DNA of 64,000 nucleotides from Candidatus Omnitrophota bacterium (lineage in GTDB: Bacteria > Omnitrophota > Gorgyraeia > Zapsychrales > Zapsychraceae). The position numbers and the translations under genes are program-made. Below the pieces are notes generated by a model. It ran no database searches, had not been told where the DNA came from, and was given only the letters and a program-made list of their open reading frames with translations. Within the stretch, counting starts at the first letter, position 1, and each line of letters opens with the position of its first letter. Below, piece after piece: positions 37,198 through 47,071 of this stretch. The DNA is taken from positions 70,528 through 134,527 of the forward strand of contig JADFYJ010000004.1 of NCBI GenBank assembly GCA_015233115.1, in the 5' to 3' direction.

Positions 37198-38351
37198 TTT
37201 TTCAACGCTTCCTTGATTAGGGCTAACCCGATTACGTTTTTCTGAATTTGACTTGTCCCTTCATAGATCTGCGTGATCTTAGCATCGCGCATATATTTCT
37301 CAACCGGATATTCCTTGATATAACCATATCCGCCAAAAATTTGCACCGCGTCCGTGGTGACCTTCATGGCCATTTCTGACGCGCATAATTTACACATGGC
37401 TGAATATTTGGAATAATCTTTCGCTCCGCTGTCAATCATGCGGGCCACGCCATAAACCAAGGCGCGCGCGGATTCGATTTGCGTTGCCATATCCGCTAAC
37501 ATAAATTGAATACCTTGGAAACTGGAAATAGATTTTCCAAATTGGTGACGTTGACGTGAATATTCTATGGCCGCGTCTAATGAACCTTGCGCAATACCAA
37601 CCGCCTGAGCGCCGATTCCTGGGCGTGATTTATCAAAAGTTTTCATGGTGACAATAAAGCCCATGCCTTCTTTAGCCAATAAATTTTCTTTCGGAACTTT
37701 ACAATCCGTAAAAATCAGCTCGCGGGTAGAAGACGCGCGGATACCGAGCTTGTCTTCTTTCTTACCAAACTCAAAACCTTTCATGCCTTTTTCCAAAATA
37801 AACGCGCTCGCGCCGCGGGCACCTTTAGTCTTATCTGTCATGGCAATAACCACATACGTCTCTGCGTCTCCGCCGTTAGTGATAAAATGCTTCATGCCGT
37901 TTAACACATAATGATCGCCTTTTAAAACCGCGGTCGTTTGCATAGCACTGGCGTCAGAACCTGCCGCAGGTTCAGTTATACCGAAAGCCGCAATCTTTTT
38001 ACCGGACGCGATATCAGGCAAATATTTTTTCTTTTGATCTTCATTTCCGAATAACATAATAGGAAGCGTTCCTAAAGCCGTTGCCGCGAATGCTAAGGCA
38101 ATACCTCCGCAGCCTTTGGAAAATTCTTCAGTCGCGATAACCAATTCCATAATACCGCCGCCCATACCGCCGTATTGCTGGTCAATATATAAACCGCAGA
38201 TATCCGATTCAGCCATAACCTTGACTACATCCCAAGGAAATTCCTGGGTTTCATCATATTTAGCCGATACCGGACGAATTTTTTCATCCGTAATCTGGCG
38301 ACAAAGGTCTCGAATCATTTTTTGGTCATCAGTTAAAAGATAATCCAACAT
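37194..38351 (-). CDS. Acyl-CoA dehydrogenase (short/butyryl-chain type)
   Basis: 385 aa. GxxAxxxxEPxAGSD and C-terminal QIFGGYGYIKEYPVEKYMRDAKITQIYEGTSQIQ. Confidence 0.9.
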   Translation of the reverse strand: MLDYLLTDDQKMIRDLCRQITDEKIRPVSAKYDETQEFPWDVVKVMAESDICGLYIDQQYGGMGGGIMELVIATEEFSKGCGGIALAFAATALGTLPIMLFGNEDQKKKYLPDIASGKKIAAFGITEPAAGSDASAMQTTAVLKGDHYVLNGMKHFITNGGDAETYVVIAMTDKTKGARGASAFILEKGMKGFEFGKKEDKLGIRASSTRELIFTDCKVPKENLLAKEGMGFIVTMKTFDKSRPGIGAQAVGIAQGSLDAAIEYSRQRHQFGKSISSFQGIQFMLADMATQIESARALVYGVARMIDSGAKDYSKYSAMCKLCASEMAMKVTTDAVQIFGGYGYIKEYPVEKYMRDAKITQIYEGTSQIQKNVIGLALIKEALKK

Positions 38352-38383
38352 AAAAAACCTCCTGTGGGTTAAAAAAATACGCC

Positions 38384-38436
38384 GTCCGCTGGAGCTTCCG
38401 GCACTACTCGGACATTACGTCCTCGGTCGCTGTGTA
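38384..38436. repeat. Diverged third copy of the 50-bp unit seen tandemly at 17831..17930
   Basis: ccgtccgctggagcttccggcactactcggacattacgtcctcggtcg versus gctcgcaggtgcttccagcactacgcggacattacgtccttggtcg. Both contain the hairpin GGAC-attac-GTCC. Confidence 0.65.
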
Positions 38437-38644
38437 ATTATATCTTCGCATTCATTTTGAAACCGCGTGCCCATACCCAAGGTTAGCGTTTAAACCGAAT
38501 CACCGAGCGAGTTCAGCTCCGCTTCGGAGCTGCTGTTTGAGCGAATGATTTGGTTTAAATGCAAACCGTCCAACCGCGCGCTTTATTAAAAACCGCACCA
38601 ATAGTAACACATCAAAAATAATTTACAAAATATTTTTTTATGAT

Positions 38645-39856
38645 TTATGCAACTTGGGTTCGTTTAGGGACGATTACGATACCAGATGTCGTTAAGACAA
38701 AATGTTTGCGATCCTGTTCTTGATCATAACCAACCCTGGAACCGGCAGGAACGCGGACTTCTTTATCCAAAATCGCGTTTTGAATTTTCGCGCCTTTTTC
38801 GACAATCACGCCTTCCATAATAACGGAATTGCGCACTTCAGCCCCATCACCAATTTTGACATTAGGGGAAAGGATAGAACGCTCCACATAGCCGCCTTCA
38901 ATGATACATCCGCCGGATAACATTGAATTAATCACAGTCCCGGACCCGGACTCGGTTCGGACCATTTTAACCGGAGGATATTGTTCATGGAACGTTCGGA
39001 CCGGCCAAGTTTTATCATATAAATTAAATTCCGAATCCGCTTTCAAAAGGTCCATATTGGCATGATAATACGCGTCGCGGGTTCCAATATCCCTCCAATA
39101 TTTTGATTGCCCTTTATCATTCACAAAATTATACGCACACACTTTACGTTTATTTTTAATCATCTGCGGAATAACGTCCCGGCCAAAATCATGCTGAGAA
39201 GTTTCAAGCGCAGCATCAATTTCCAATTCCTTCTCTAAAATATCCCGGTTAAACAAATAAATACCCATGGACGCGGAAATCTTATCCTTTGTATTAGGAA
39301 TGATTTTTGGTTTATCCGGTTTTTCTTGAAAGCCTTTCACTCTTCCTTTACTATCCACTTCAATCACCCCAAAATCTTTAGAGGTTTCTTTTGGCATGCG
39401 CAAACACCCTACCGTCACATCGGCTTCCTGACTTATGTGCTGTTCAAACATTTCCGCGTAATTCATCTTATAAATATGATCGCCAGATAGCACCAAAACC
39501 CATTTAGGATTAGTATCATTAATTGTATAAATATTTTGATATATTGCGTCAGCTGTCCCCCTGTACCAATCCGCGCCGATCCGCTGTTGAGCCGGAATAA
39601 CATCAATAAATTCGCCGAGTTGACTGGACACCACATCCCAACCCGCCAATAAATGTTTCTGTAGGGAAAAAGATTTGTATTGGGTTAAAACATGAACACG
39701 CCTCAAACCCGAATTAACGCAGTTACTTAGGGTAAAATCAATAATACGATAAATACCGCCGAAAGGAACTGCCGGCTTAGCCCTGTCCCGGGTTAAAGGA
39801 TCCAGACGCTGACCACGTCCGCCTGCTAAAATAAAAGTTAAAACATCTCGTAACAA
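38645..39856 (-). CDS. glgC: Glucose-1-phosphate adenylyltransferase
   Basis: ILAGGRGQRLDPLTRDRAKPAVPFGG N-terminal signature, with a C-terminal left-handed beta-helix. Confidence 0.9.
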   Translation of the reverse strand: MLRDVLTFILAGGRGQRLDPLTRDRAKPAVPFGGIYRIIDFTLSNCVNSGLRRVHVLTQYKSFSLQKHLLAGWDVVSSQLGEFIDVIPAQQRIGADWYRGTADAIYQNIYTINDTNPKWVLVLSGDHIYKMNYAEMFEQHISQEADVTVGCLRMPKETSKDFGVIEVDSKGRVKGFQEKPDKPKIIPNTKDKISASMGIYLFNRDILEKELEIDAALETSQHDFGRDVIPQMIKNKRKVCAYNFVNDKGQSKYWRDIGTRDAYYHANMDLLKADSEFNLYDKTWPVRTFHEQYPPVKMVRTESGSGTVINSMLSGGCIIEGGYVERSILSPNVKIGDGAEVRNSVIMEGVIVEKGAKIQNAILDKEVRVPAGSRVGYDQEQDRKHFVLTTSGIVIVPKRTQVA

Positions 39857-39884
39857 GGAAAACTCCTAAATTATTAAATTTTAA

Positions 39885-39925
39885 AAGCATGTAGCATATA
39901 GCATGTTGCATGTAGCAAGAAAATG
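39885..39925. repeat. CATGTAGCA/TAGCATG tandem repeats
   Basis: Direct reading gives catgtagcatatagcatgttgcatgtagcaag. Confidence 0.7.
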
Positions 39926-40013
39926 TCATCCCCGAGTGCTTAAATCGGGGATCCAGTAAAAAAATTATTATACACTATCATAGAAAAATAACAAAAACTT
40001 TTCACCGCTTAGG

Positions 40014-42332
40014 TTAAAATTTGTTTTCTTTAATGAGTGTTTTTACTTCTTCGTTTTCAGGATTAATCTTATTCGCCATCACGAATTCGGTTTTGGCTTG
40101 TGGGATTTTTCCTTGGGCTAAATATAATTTTCCTAAACGGAGATGCGCTAAGTCTTGATCCGCTCCAGAGTTACGGCCGAGTTTAAAAAATTGTTCAGCC
40201 GGCTCATAGGCTTTTTGTTCAAGAACTAAATCTCCCACATCTAAAACTTTGGACACTTCTTGCGGTTTCATTTTATGAAAAGTTTCCAATTGCTGATACG
40301 CGTCGCCGTATTTTTTCATCTGCACATAGACTTTGGCCATCAATTGGTGGACGATTGCGTCGTTGGGCCAATCAGTAAGAATGTCCTGATATTCTTTCAA
40401 GGCTAGATCATACTTCTTTAGATCATAATAACACTGCGCGAAATCATATCTTACTTCATCATTATCCTCGGCTACAGACGCGGCATAACGTAAAAAAGGA
40501 TACGCATCCTCATATTTTTTCTGAAGAGCATAAATCCGGCCTATCACGTAATATGACTCATAAAATGTCGGCGATATTTTCATGGCTTCCTTAGCCTCAG
40601 CCATAGCAGGTTCAAGCAATTGCAAACTAAAAAGAGTATCGGCACGGGTTTGATTCCGGTAAGGACGGACTCTCTCAGCCTTCATCTGAAAAATATCTTC
40701 GGTTTTGGCCTGCCACTTAGATAGATCCATTCCAAATTGTTTAATCCAGACCTTATTTTGTTCAATGTCTCGCAAGAAAATGACGGCATCACAATCAAAA
40801 TAAACAACTTTCCATTGAGGAGAATTATAAAAATATTTTAGAACATCTTTAGGAATTGTTTGCCGCGCGGAATTTAGAAATGCACCAGTTGCTCCAGCGT
40901 CTTCCACATATTTTTTTATAGCGTCTGGCTCGCCTTTTTGCCAAACTTTCAGATAATGCTCAAAAAAATCTTTTCCGTAAAATTCCGTTCTGCCGTCAAT
41001 AAAAACTTTAACATCCGGCCAAGCTCGGCCAATTAAATAAGCGCCGGAATTAAAATCATTAAAAAATTTTCCGGAAATTTTATTTTTGTTTAAAAAATCT
41101 ACAGCTTGCGCAGGATAATCCCGCAAAGATACCCCGCCATATTCGCTTTTACGTTTAAAATTATCAAAATCATAATACCCCCGAAATATGTCTCCGTTAA
41201 ACATATTAAAAATACTAAGTATCACCAGCACTTTAGCCGCGATTTCAGTAATAAACACAAAAACCGGTTTTTTAAATGTCAGCGGAATAACATCTGAGGC
41301 TTTCAGCTGATAAATATTGGTGATAATCACCAGATACGCCGCGACCGCAAAAAAAACTAAATTGCGAACCGCGCTTAAAGAAAAAAATAGAAATACCAGC
41401 CAAAAAAATAAAGCGCTGATATCAATTTTCCTGCGATTCAAAAAAAATGATGCCGCTGACAACAGAATCATCAATTTATACGCGCCGTCTTGATGCAAAG
41501 AAAACAATTCCCCTGACGCTAAAGGCCTTTTTAATTCCTGAATAAATTGAAAAAAAACTTTATTTTGACCATTCAGCGTTGATATAAGCACATCAACCGG
41601 ATATCCGGCTCCCCGCCAAAAATACGGATTAATAAAACACGCTAAAACGACAACTCCCAATATAATTTTTAACCCGCGGTATTCTTCATCCGTTAACCGC
41701 CCAATTGAGTTCCACTCCCCTGGCAAACGGACTTTTCTTTTAATAAATTCTGAAACTATTCCCATCAATATAAATAATGGCCCAAAAAAGAAAAATCCAT
41801 GGAAATTAACCCACACCACCTGCACCAAAAATAAAAAAGGCAAGGTCCACTTTTTATCAATATGCAGTGAAAGGACATAAATATACACGGTGAAAAACAA
41901 TAAACTGAACAGATCGGGCCTGACTGTAAACCGTTGTTGCAAAATTGTCGCTACGACAAATAACAAGGGGATCACCAGAATTTGTTTTTCTTTATCATTC
42001 GCCATAAAAAACAACAATCCTAAAACGCCGAGCACCAGCAGTCCTTGCATAACCTGAAGGCCGTTCCACCCCCATAAGTTGTGAATGTGATAAATCACCA
42101 CCTGAAACAGCCACTCATGATCAATCCACGCCTTTCCCGGTAACGTCCAAGACATCATATCCGCTTGAGGAATATGCCCGGTTTGCGCAATATATTTTCC
42201 CATGCTTAAGTGCAGCCATAAATCCAAATCACGAATTTCAATCTGCGCGGCCTGAAAAATAAATCCGAACAAAATACCCAAGGCAACTAACCCCAGGTAA
42301 AAGCTAAGTTGTTTCAAAATTTTTTCTATCAT
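40014..42332 (-). CDS. Large polytopic membrane protein with C-terminal TPR repeats (GT-C/PMT-like or DUF2079-like topology)
   Basis: 772 aa. About 12 predicted TM helices in the first ~430 aa, then repeated TPR-like helical pairs (YYVIGRIYALQKKYEDAYPFL...). Confidence 0.55.
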   Translation of the reverse strand: MIEKILKQLSFYLGLVALGILFGFIFQAAQIEIRDLDLWLHLSMGKYIAQTGHIPQADMMSWTLPGKAWIDHEWLFQVVIYHIHNLWGWNGLQVMQGLLVLGVLGLLFFMANDKEKQILVIPLLFVVATILQQRFTVRPDLFSLLFFTVYIYVLSLHIDKKWTLPFLFLVQVVWVNFHGFFFFGPLFILMGIVSEFIKRKVRLPGEWNSIGRLTDEEYRGLKIILGVVVLACFINPYFWRGAGYPVDVLISTLNGQNKVFFQFIQELKRPLASGELFSLHQDGAYKLMILLSAASFFLNRRKIDISALFFWLVFLFFSLSAVRNLVFFAVAAYLVIITNIYQLKASDVIPLTFKKPVFVFITEIAAKVLVILSIFNMFNGDIFRGYYDFDNFKRKSEYGGVSLRDYPAQAVDFLNKNKISGKFFNDFNSGAYLIGRAWPDVKVFIDGRTEFYGKDFFEHYLKVWQKGEPDAIKKYVEDAGATGAFLNSARQTIPKDVLKYFYNSPQWKVVYFDCDAVIFLRDIEQNKVWIKQFGMDLSKWQAKTEDIFQMKAERVRPYRNQTRADTLFSLQLLEPAMAEAKEAMKISPTFYESYYVIGRIYALQKKYEDAYPFLRYAASVAEDNDEVRYDFAQCYYDLKKYDLALKEYQDILTDWPNDAIVHQLMAKVYVQMKKYGDAYQQLETFHKMKPQEVSKVLDVGDLVLEQKAYEPAEQFFKLGRNSGADQDLAHLRLGKLYLAQGKIPQAKTEFVMANKINPENEEVKTLIKENKF

Positions 42333-43114
42333 ATATGCGCTGCCGTTAATAATTGCTTGGTATATGGATGCTGTGGCACATTAAATATGTTTTCCGTTGA
42401 ATCTATTTCTACAACTTTTCCTTGAAACATAACAGCCACCCGATCACTAATCTTACGCGCCACGCGCATGTTATGGGTGATAAAAACATAAGTTAAATTG
42501 AATTTCCGGCGTAAATCCGTTAATAAATCCAGAATTTGTTTTTGGATCAATACGTCTAACGCGGAAACAGCTTCATCTAAAATTAAAATTTTGGGACTGG
42601 GAACCAAGGCGCGAGCAATCGCGATACGCTGTCTTTCGCCGCCGCTGAATTCATGCGGATATCGATCCAGCATATCATATGACAACCCGGTAGCTTTAAG
42701 TAATTCCGAAACTCTGGCATCTTTTTTAGATGACACTCTAAATAAATCCGGCCTGAGGCCCATTGGTTCATATAAAATCTGGCGGATCGTATACCGCGGG
42801 TCCAAACTGCTGTGAGGATCCTGAAACACTATTTGCATTGATTGACGTAAAGCTAAAAGAGCTTTTCCTCGTGACGCAATATCCTCTCCGTTAAAAATAA
42901 TTTTTCCTTCATCACATGGATATAACCCGATCATCATCCGTACCAAAGTCGTTTTACCGCATCCAGATTCACCGACAATGCTTAAACTCTCTCCGCCCAT
43001 AACAGACAAATTGACCCCATCAACAGCCTTAACCATATGAACCTGATGGCTGAATAGCCCGGGTTTAGAAGAGAAATATTTTTTAACATAATGAAGCTGT
43101 AGAATAGTATCCAT
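42329..43114 (-). CDS. oppF: Oligopeptide/dipeptide ABC transporter ATP-binding protein (OppF-like)
   Basis: Walker A GESGCGKTT, signature LSGGERQR, Walker B ILILDEAVSALD. Confidence 0.85.
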   Translation of the reverse strand: MDTILQLHYVKKYFSSKPGLFSHQVHMVKAVDGVNLSVMGGESLSIVGESGCGKTTLVRMMIGLYPCDEGKIIFNGEDIASRGKALLALRQSMQIVFQDPHSSLDPRYTIRQILYEPMGLRPDLFRVSSKKDARVSELLKATGLSYDMLDRYPHEFSGGERQRIAIARALVPSPKILILDEAVSALDVLIQKQILDLLTDLRRKFNLTYVFITHNMRVARKISDRVAVMFQGKVVEIDSTENIFNVPQHPYTKQLLTAAHI

Positions 43115-43133
43115 TTTTTCTATCCTAATATAT

Positions 43134-43901
43134 TTAAAGGGTTGCTTCGATTAATTTTTTCGTATAATCATCTTTAGGAAAATTCATAATATGGCCGCAT
43201 GCGCCTTGTTCAACTACTTCCCCTTGAGACAAAACAACAATATCATCGGCCATATATTGCGCCATGGCCAAATCATGCGTAATCAAGAGCATAGATAAAC
43301 CCAGCTCCTTTTGAAGCTTTTTAAACAATTCCATAATCTTGGCCTGCAAGGTCACATCCAGACTGCTAGTCGGTTCATCCGCAATCAAAAGTTTAGGACC
43401 AGCGGCAATGGCTTGAGCGATCATGGCGCGCTGGCGCATTCCTCCGCTTAATTGATGCGGATAACTACGCAAAATCCGCTCCGGATCAGGTAAACCAACG
43501 AGATCTAACAATTCTTGCATCCTTTTTATCCGGGTTGGATGATCCAATTGAGTATGATAACGCAACACTTCATCAATCTGAAAACCGATTTGAAAAAGCG
43601 GGTTAAACGCGTGCAATGGCTCTTGAAAAACCATGCCAATATCTTTCCCGCGGACTAAACGCATTTGATGTTCCGCAAGACTTAATAAATTGACTCCGGA
43701 TAAAATAATTTTTCCGCTTTGAATTTTTAAGGCAGGATTAAGCAGCTGTAAAATCGAAAGACCAATAGTCGTCTTGCCGCTGCCGGAACCGCCCACCAGT
43801 GCCGTTACTTTTTCAGCCTTAACATCAAAGCCTAAATTGTTGATGAGCAAACGATTAGCAACGGAGACATTTAGGTTTTGGATATGTAATATAGGTTTCA
43901 T
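43134..43901 (-). CDS. oppD: Oligopeptide/dipeptide ABC transporter ATP-binding protein (OppD-like)
   Basis: Walker A GGSGSGKTT, signature LSGGMRQR, Walker B LLIADEPTSSLD. Confidence 0.85.
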   Translation of the reverse strand: MKPILHIQNLNVSVANRLLINNLGFDVKAEKVTALVGGSGSGKTTIGLSILQLLNPALKIQSGKIILSGVNLLSLAEHQMRLVRGKDIGMVFQEPLHAFNPLFQIGFQIDEVLRYHTQLDHPTRIKRMQELLDLVGLPDPERILRSYPHQLSGGMRQRAMIAQAIAAGPKLLIADEPTSSLDVTLQAKIMELFKKLQKELGLSMLLITHDLAMAQYMADDIVVLSQGEVVEQGACGHIMNFPKDDYTKKLIEATL

Positions 43902-43921
43902 AATTTAATAAATGATTTGTC

Positions 43922-44066
43922 GTAGGGGCGATCTCCCGATCGCCCGCTTACAAGTTATTCGCTTTTTAATTCGATCAAAAAAACAAAAAATAAAAAACCT
44001 AAAAAAACCTGAAATGTTAAATTTATAAATCTTTAATAGTGCGGGCGATCAGGAGATCGCCCCTAC
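43922..44066. mobile_element. MITE-like unit (145 bp) bounded by inverted palindromic repeats, inserted between oppC and oppD
   Basis: Terminal repeats are gtaggggcgatctcccgatcgcccg (43922..43946) and cgggcgatcaggagatcgcccctac (44042..44066). It carries the internal attcgcttt motif. Confidence 0.55.
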
Positions 44067-44086
44067 AACCAAAACGCTATCTCTTA

Positions 44087-45169
44087 CTATTTATTTAAGG
44101 GGTCAAAACAATCCCTTAAACGGTTACCTACCACATTAAAACACATGACGGTTACGAAAATATATACACCCGGGATTAATATCCAGGGATGAAGCTGGAC
44201 GTGCGCGATAGCCATGGCGTCAGACAACATGTTACCCCAACTTGGTAAAGGATCCTGTATTCCCAGCCCAATCAAACTCAAGGCTGCTTCACCAAGGATA
44301 TAACCTGGAATAGATAAGGTCACCGCAACTATTGAGTAAGAAACCGTGTGAGGTAAAATATGCCGAGTGATGATTTGCCAATCGGTTAAGCCCATAGTTT
44401 TCGCCGCCAAAACATAATCCCGCTCTCTTAACGAAATACTCATGCCCCGGATGATACGCGCCAGTCCTGCCCAACCGATCAATGACAAAATGATCACAAT
44501 GGAAAAGTAAATTTGATAAGAATTAAAATTGTCCGGAACAGCACTGCGTAACGCGAGCATTAAATAAAAACCCGGCACCAACATAAACATTTCACAGATC
44601 CGCATCAAAACTGAATCTATTTTACCGCCATAATACCCTGCCGTCCCTCCGACCAGTAATCCCAACGCAAAAGATATGGCCACACCGATTAAACCAATGG
44701 TCAAAGAAATTCGTCCGCCATAAAACAAGCGGGAAAAAAGATCACGTCCCCGGCTGTCCGCGCCGAATAAATAGATGCGCGCCGGTTCTTTCACTCCGAA
44801 TAAGTGGGTTTTACTCTTAAACACGCCTAAAAAATTATATTCTTCACCAGAAAAAAATATTTGTAACGGGGCAGGATGGGCCCGATCTTCCACATAAATC
44901 CGTTTATGTAATTCATCAAATGTAAAAGACACGGGACACACATAAGGCCAAGTTATATAACCTTTATCAGCCATAAACCGAATTTTAGTCGGCGGAGCAT
45001 AAGACATGTTCCGGTTCTCATTATCAAACGCGTAGGGAGATAAAAAATCCGCAAACAAAGCGCCAGCATACAAACCCACCAAAATAATAAAACACACCAG
45101 CACCCAGCGCTTACGCGAAAAGTTTCGCCAAACCAATCCCCATCGGCTGACCGGTTTATTGTTTCTCAT
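44087..45169 (-). CDS. oppC: ABC transporter permease (OppC/DppC-like) with N-terminal extension
   Basis: Binding-protein-dependent transport signature region (AAKTMGLTDWQIITRHILPH). It overlaps oppB by 14 nt. Confidence 0.85.
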   Translation of the reverse strand: MRNNKPVSRWGLVWRNFSRKRWVLVCFIILVGLYAGALFADFLSPYAFDNENRNMSYAPPTKIRFMADKGYITWPYVCPVSFTFDELHKRIYVEDRAHPAPLQIFFSGEEYNFLGVFKSKTHLFGVKEPARIYLFGADSRGRDLFSRLFYGGRISLTIGLIGVAISFALGLLVGGTAGYYGGKIDSVLMRICEMFMLVPGFYLMLALRSAVPDNFNSYQIYFSIVIILSLIGWAGLARIIRGMSISLRERDYVLAAKTMGLTDWQIITRHILPHTVSYSIVAVTLSIPGYILGEAALSLIGLGIQDPLPSWGNMLSDAMAIAHVQLHPWILIPGVYIFVTVMCFNVVGNRLRDCFDPLNK

Positions 45170-46127
45170 ATCGTATCCTCGGATCCGACCACACCAGTAA
45201 AATATCCGCTATCAAATTTCCCAACACCAATAAAATACCGCCCATCAACATACTCGCCATGACTAAATACACATCTTTTGAACGGACAGCGGTTAACATG
45301 AGCGACCCCAAACCCGGCCAATTACAAATGATCTCGGTCAATGCTGCACCGCTTAAAAGTCCGGATAATTCATAACCGAATAAAGTGATCAATGGATTAA
45401 TGGCGTTACGTAACGCGTGCACATACAAAACCCGTCCTTCCGGAAGACCTTTCGCTCTCGCGGTTAAAATATATTGCTGCCCCATGACTTCTAAAAAATT
45501 CCCGCGCATGATCATTTGTAAGGCGCCTAATGAACCGATAGAAATAGCCAAAGTCGGAATTACCAGATGTTTCAATAAATCCAAAAATTTTCCCCACCAG
45601 GGCAAAAGATCATACGACGCGCTGTGCATCCCTCCCAGCGGCAAACCTCCCGTTAAACTCACTATGAACAAAAGCAATAACGCCAAAAAAAAACTAGGAA
45701 TCGATAGGCCGCAAAACGACACAAAGGACAATAATTTATCAATCCATTTTCCACGGCTGACTGCCGCCCAAATGCCCAAAGGAATCGCGACCAGCCAGGT
45801 TAAAAGTAAACTAGCTAATGCTAAAATAAATGTATTCATCAAACGCGGTCCTAAAACTTTTACGACCGGGATATTATAAAAAAAAGAATAACCGAACTGC
45901 AGATGAACAATATTTTTCAGCCAATAAACGTATTGATACCACCACGGTTTATCCAATTGATATAACTGTTCATAACGCAGAATAGTTTCTTTGGAAATCT
46001 GCGGATCTAAACGCAAAGAATCAAAAAAATTTCCCGGAGTCAAATGCATCAAAAAAAACGTGAGCATAGACATCACGAGCAATAATGGAATAGCAATTAG
46101 AATACGTTTTAAAATGTATTTAATCAT
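45156..46127 (-). CDS. oppB: ABC transporter permease (OppB/DppB-like)
   Basis: ILKRILIAIP start and EAA-like motif region (ARAKGLPEGRVLYVHALRNA). Confidence 0.85.
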   Translation of the reverse strand: MIKYILKRILIAIPLLLVMSMLTFFLMHLTPGNFFDSLRLDPQISKETILRYEQLYQLDKPWWYQYVYWLKNIVHLQFGYSFFYNIPVVKVLGPRLMNTFILALASLLLTWLVAIPLGIWAAVSRGKWIDKLLSFVSFCGLSIPSFFLALLLLFIVSLTGGLPLGGMHSASYDLLPWWGKFLDLLKHLVIPTLAISIGSLGALQMIMRGNFLEVMGQQYILTARAKGLPEGRVLYVHALRNAINPLITLFGYELSGLLSGAALTEIICNWPGLGSLMLTAVRSKDVYLVMASMLMGGILLVLGNLIADILLVWSDPRIRYEKQ

Positions 46128-46140
46128 AAAATTTTATACA

Positions 46141-47034
46141 TCATTGCTTCTCGATTACCGCCAAAAAATGGATAGCCATATGGGGGATAACAGCATTGAT
46201 GAATGCGTCGAGATATTTAAAATATTTCCAATCATACATGTCATGTTTAATTTGCGCCGGGATCAAAGGCAAACGAAAACCCATTTTTTTAAATTTAACC
46301 CATTTATTATTTGGACAGCATTTATCAACCAATGAACAAAATTCTTTTTTAGACAATACTTGATTAAAAGCCCCATAGACGCCATTAAATTCCGTAAAAG
46401 TTCCGCCTTTAATAATATTTTTGAGCGATTTAGTTTGTACGCGAGCAATAATCAATTTGCCCTTGGGTTCAAGTATCCGCCAGCACTCACGCAAATGTAA
46501 TTGCGCAATATTCGGAGTCACAGAAGTTATAATCGCGGACGATAAAACCTGAGGAATACTATTATCCGGAAAATCCGTCATACCTGTAGGAGAAAAAACG
46601 AGTTCAACTTTTTTCTCATCCGGAAAAACTTTTCTAGCCTCTAAAAGCCGCAAATAATTCAACTCAAGCCCAATCACCTTAGGTAATTTGGTCCAATACG
46701 TGTCTTTCCAGTCAGGACCGCCGCACCCCATATCAATCAACGCTTTACTGTAATCAATTTCTGATTCAAATAACCCATTAAAATATTGTCTCATTTTACC
46801 AACATCGGAACCGGTAAAAACTTTATCAGATTGAGTTTTAACTTCAGTTGTCCGTCTGACAATTTCCAAATAATTCATGACCAACAAATAGCTAATAGTC
46901 CCTTCCGGATGCCCCTGAAAACCCAAATGCGTTTTAATATGATGCTTCTCTAAAAGCTTAATAACCTCAGCATAATATTGCACGACCATATTATTAAAGT
47001 CCTGGCAAGTCGTCAGTTCTTTTTCAATTTTCAT
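46141..47034 (-). CDS. Putative class I SAM-dependent methyltransferase embedded in the opp operon
   Basis: Motif I-like IDMGCGGPDW, acidic post-I (GLELN) and LRECWRILEPKGKLII (motif III-like). No close named family recognised. Confidence 0.45.
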   Translation of the reverse strand: MKIEKELTTCQDFNNMVVQYYAEVIKLLEKHHIKTHLGFQGHPEGTISYLLVMNYLEIVRRTTEVKTQSDKVFTGSDVGKMRQYFNGLFESEIDYSKALIDMGCGGPDWKDTYWTKLPKVIGLELNYLRLLEARKVFPDEKKVELVFSPTGMTDFPDNSIPQVLSSAIITSVTPNIAQLHLRECWRILEPKGKLIIARVQTKSLKNIIKGGTFTEFNGVYGAFNQVLSKKEFCSLVDKCCPNNKWVKFKKMGFRLPLIPAQIKHDMYDWKYFKYLDAFINAVIPHMAIHFLAVIEKQ

Positions 47035-47071
47035 ATTGCCTCCCTATCTTCAATCGTATAGCGCTTATCGT

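Noticed and set aside
38352-38644. Riboswitch upstream of the acyl-CoA dehydrogenase operon
   Set aside because: The region is structured (palindrome plus hairpin), but I could not match it to any riboswitch class consensus I know (TPP, FMN, SAM, glycine, cobalamin, etc.). I reported it only as an unexplained structured leader.
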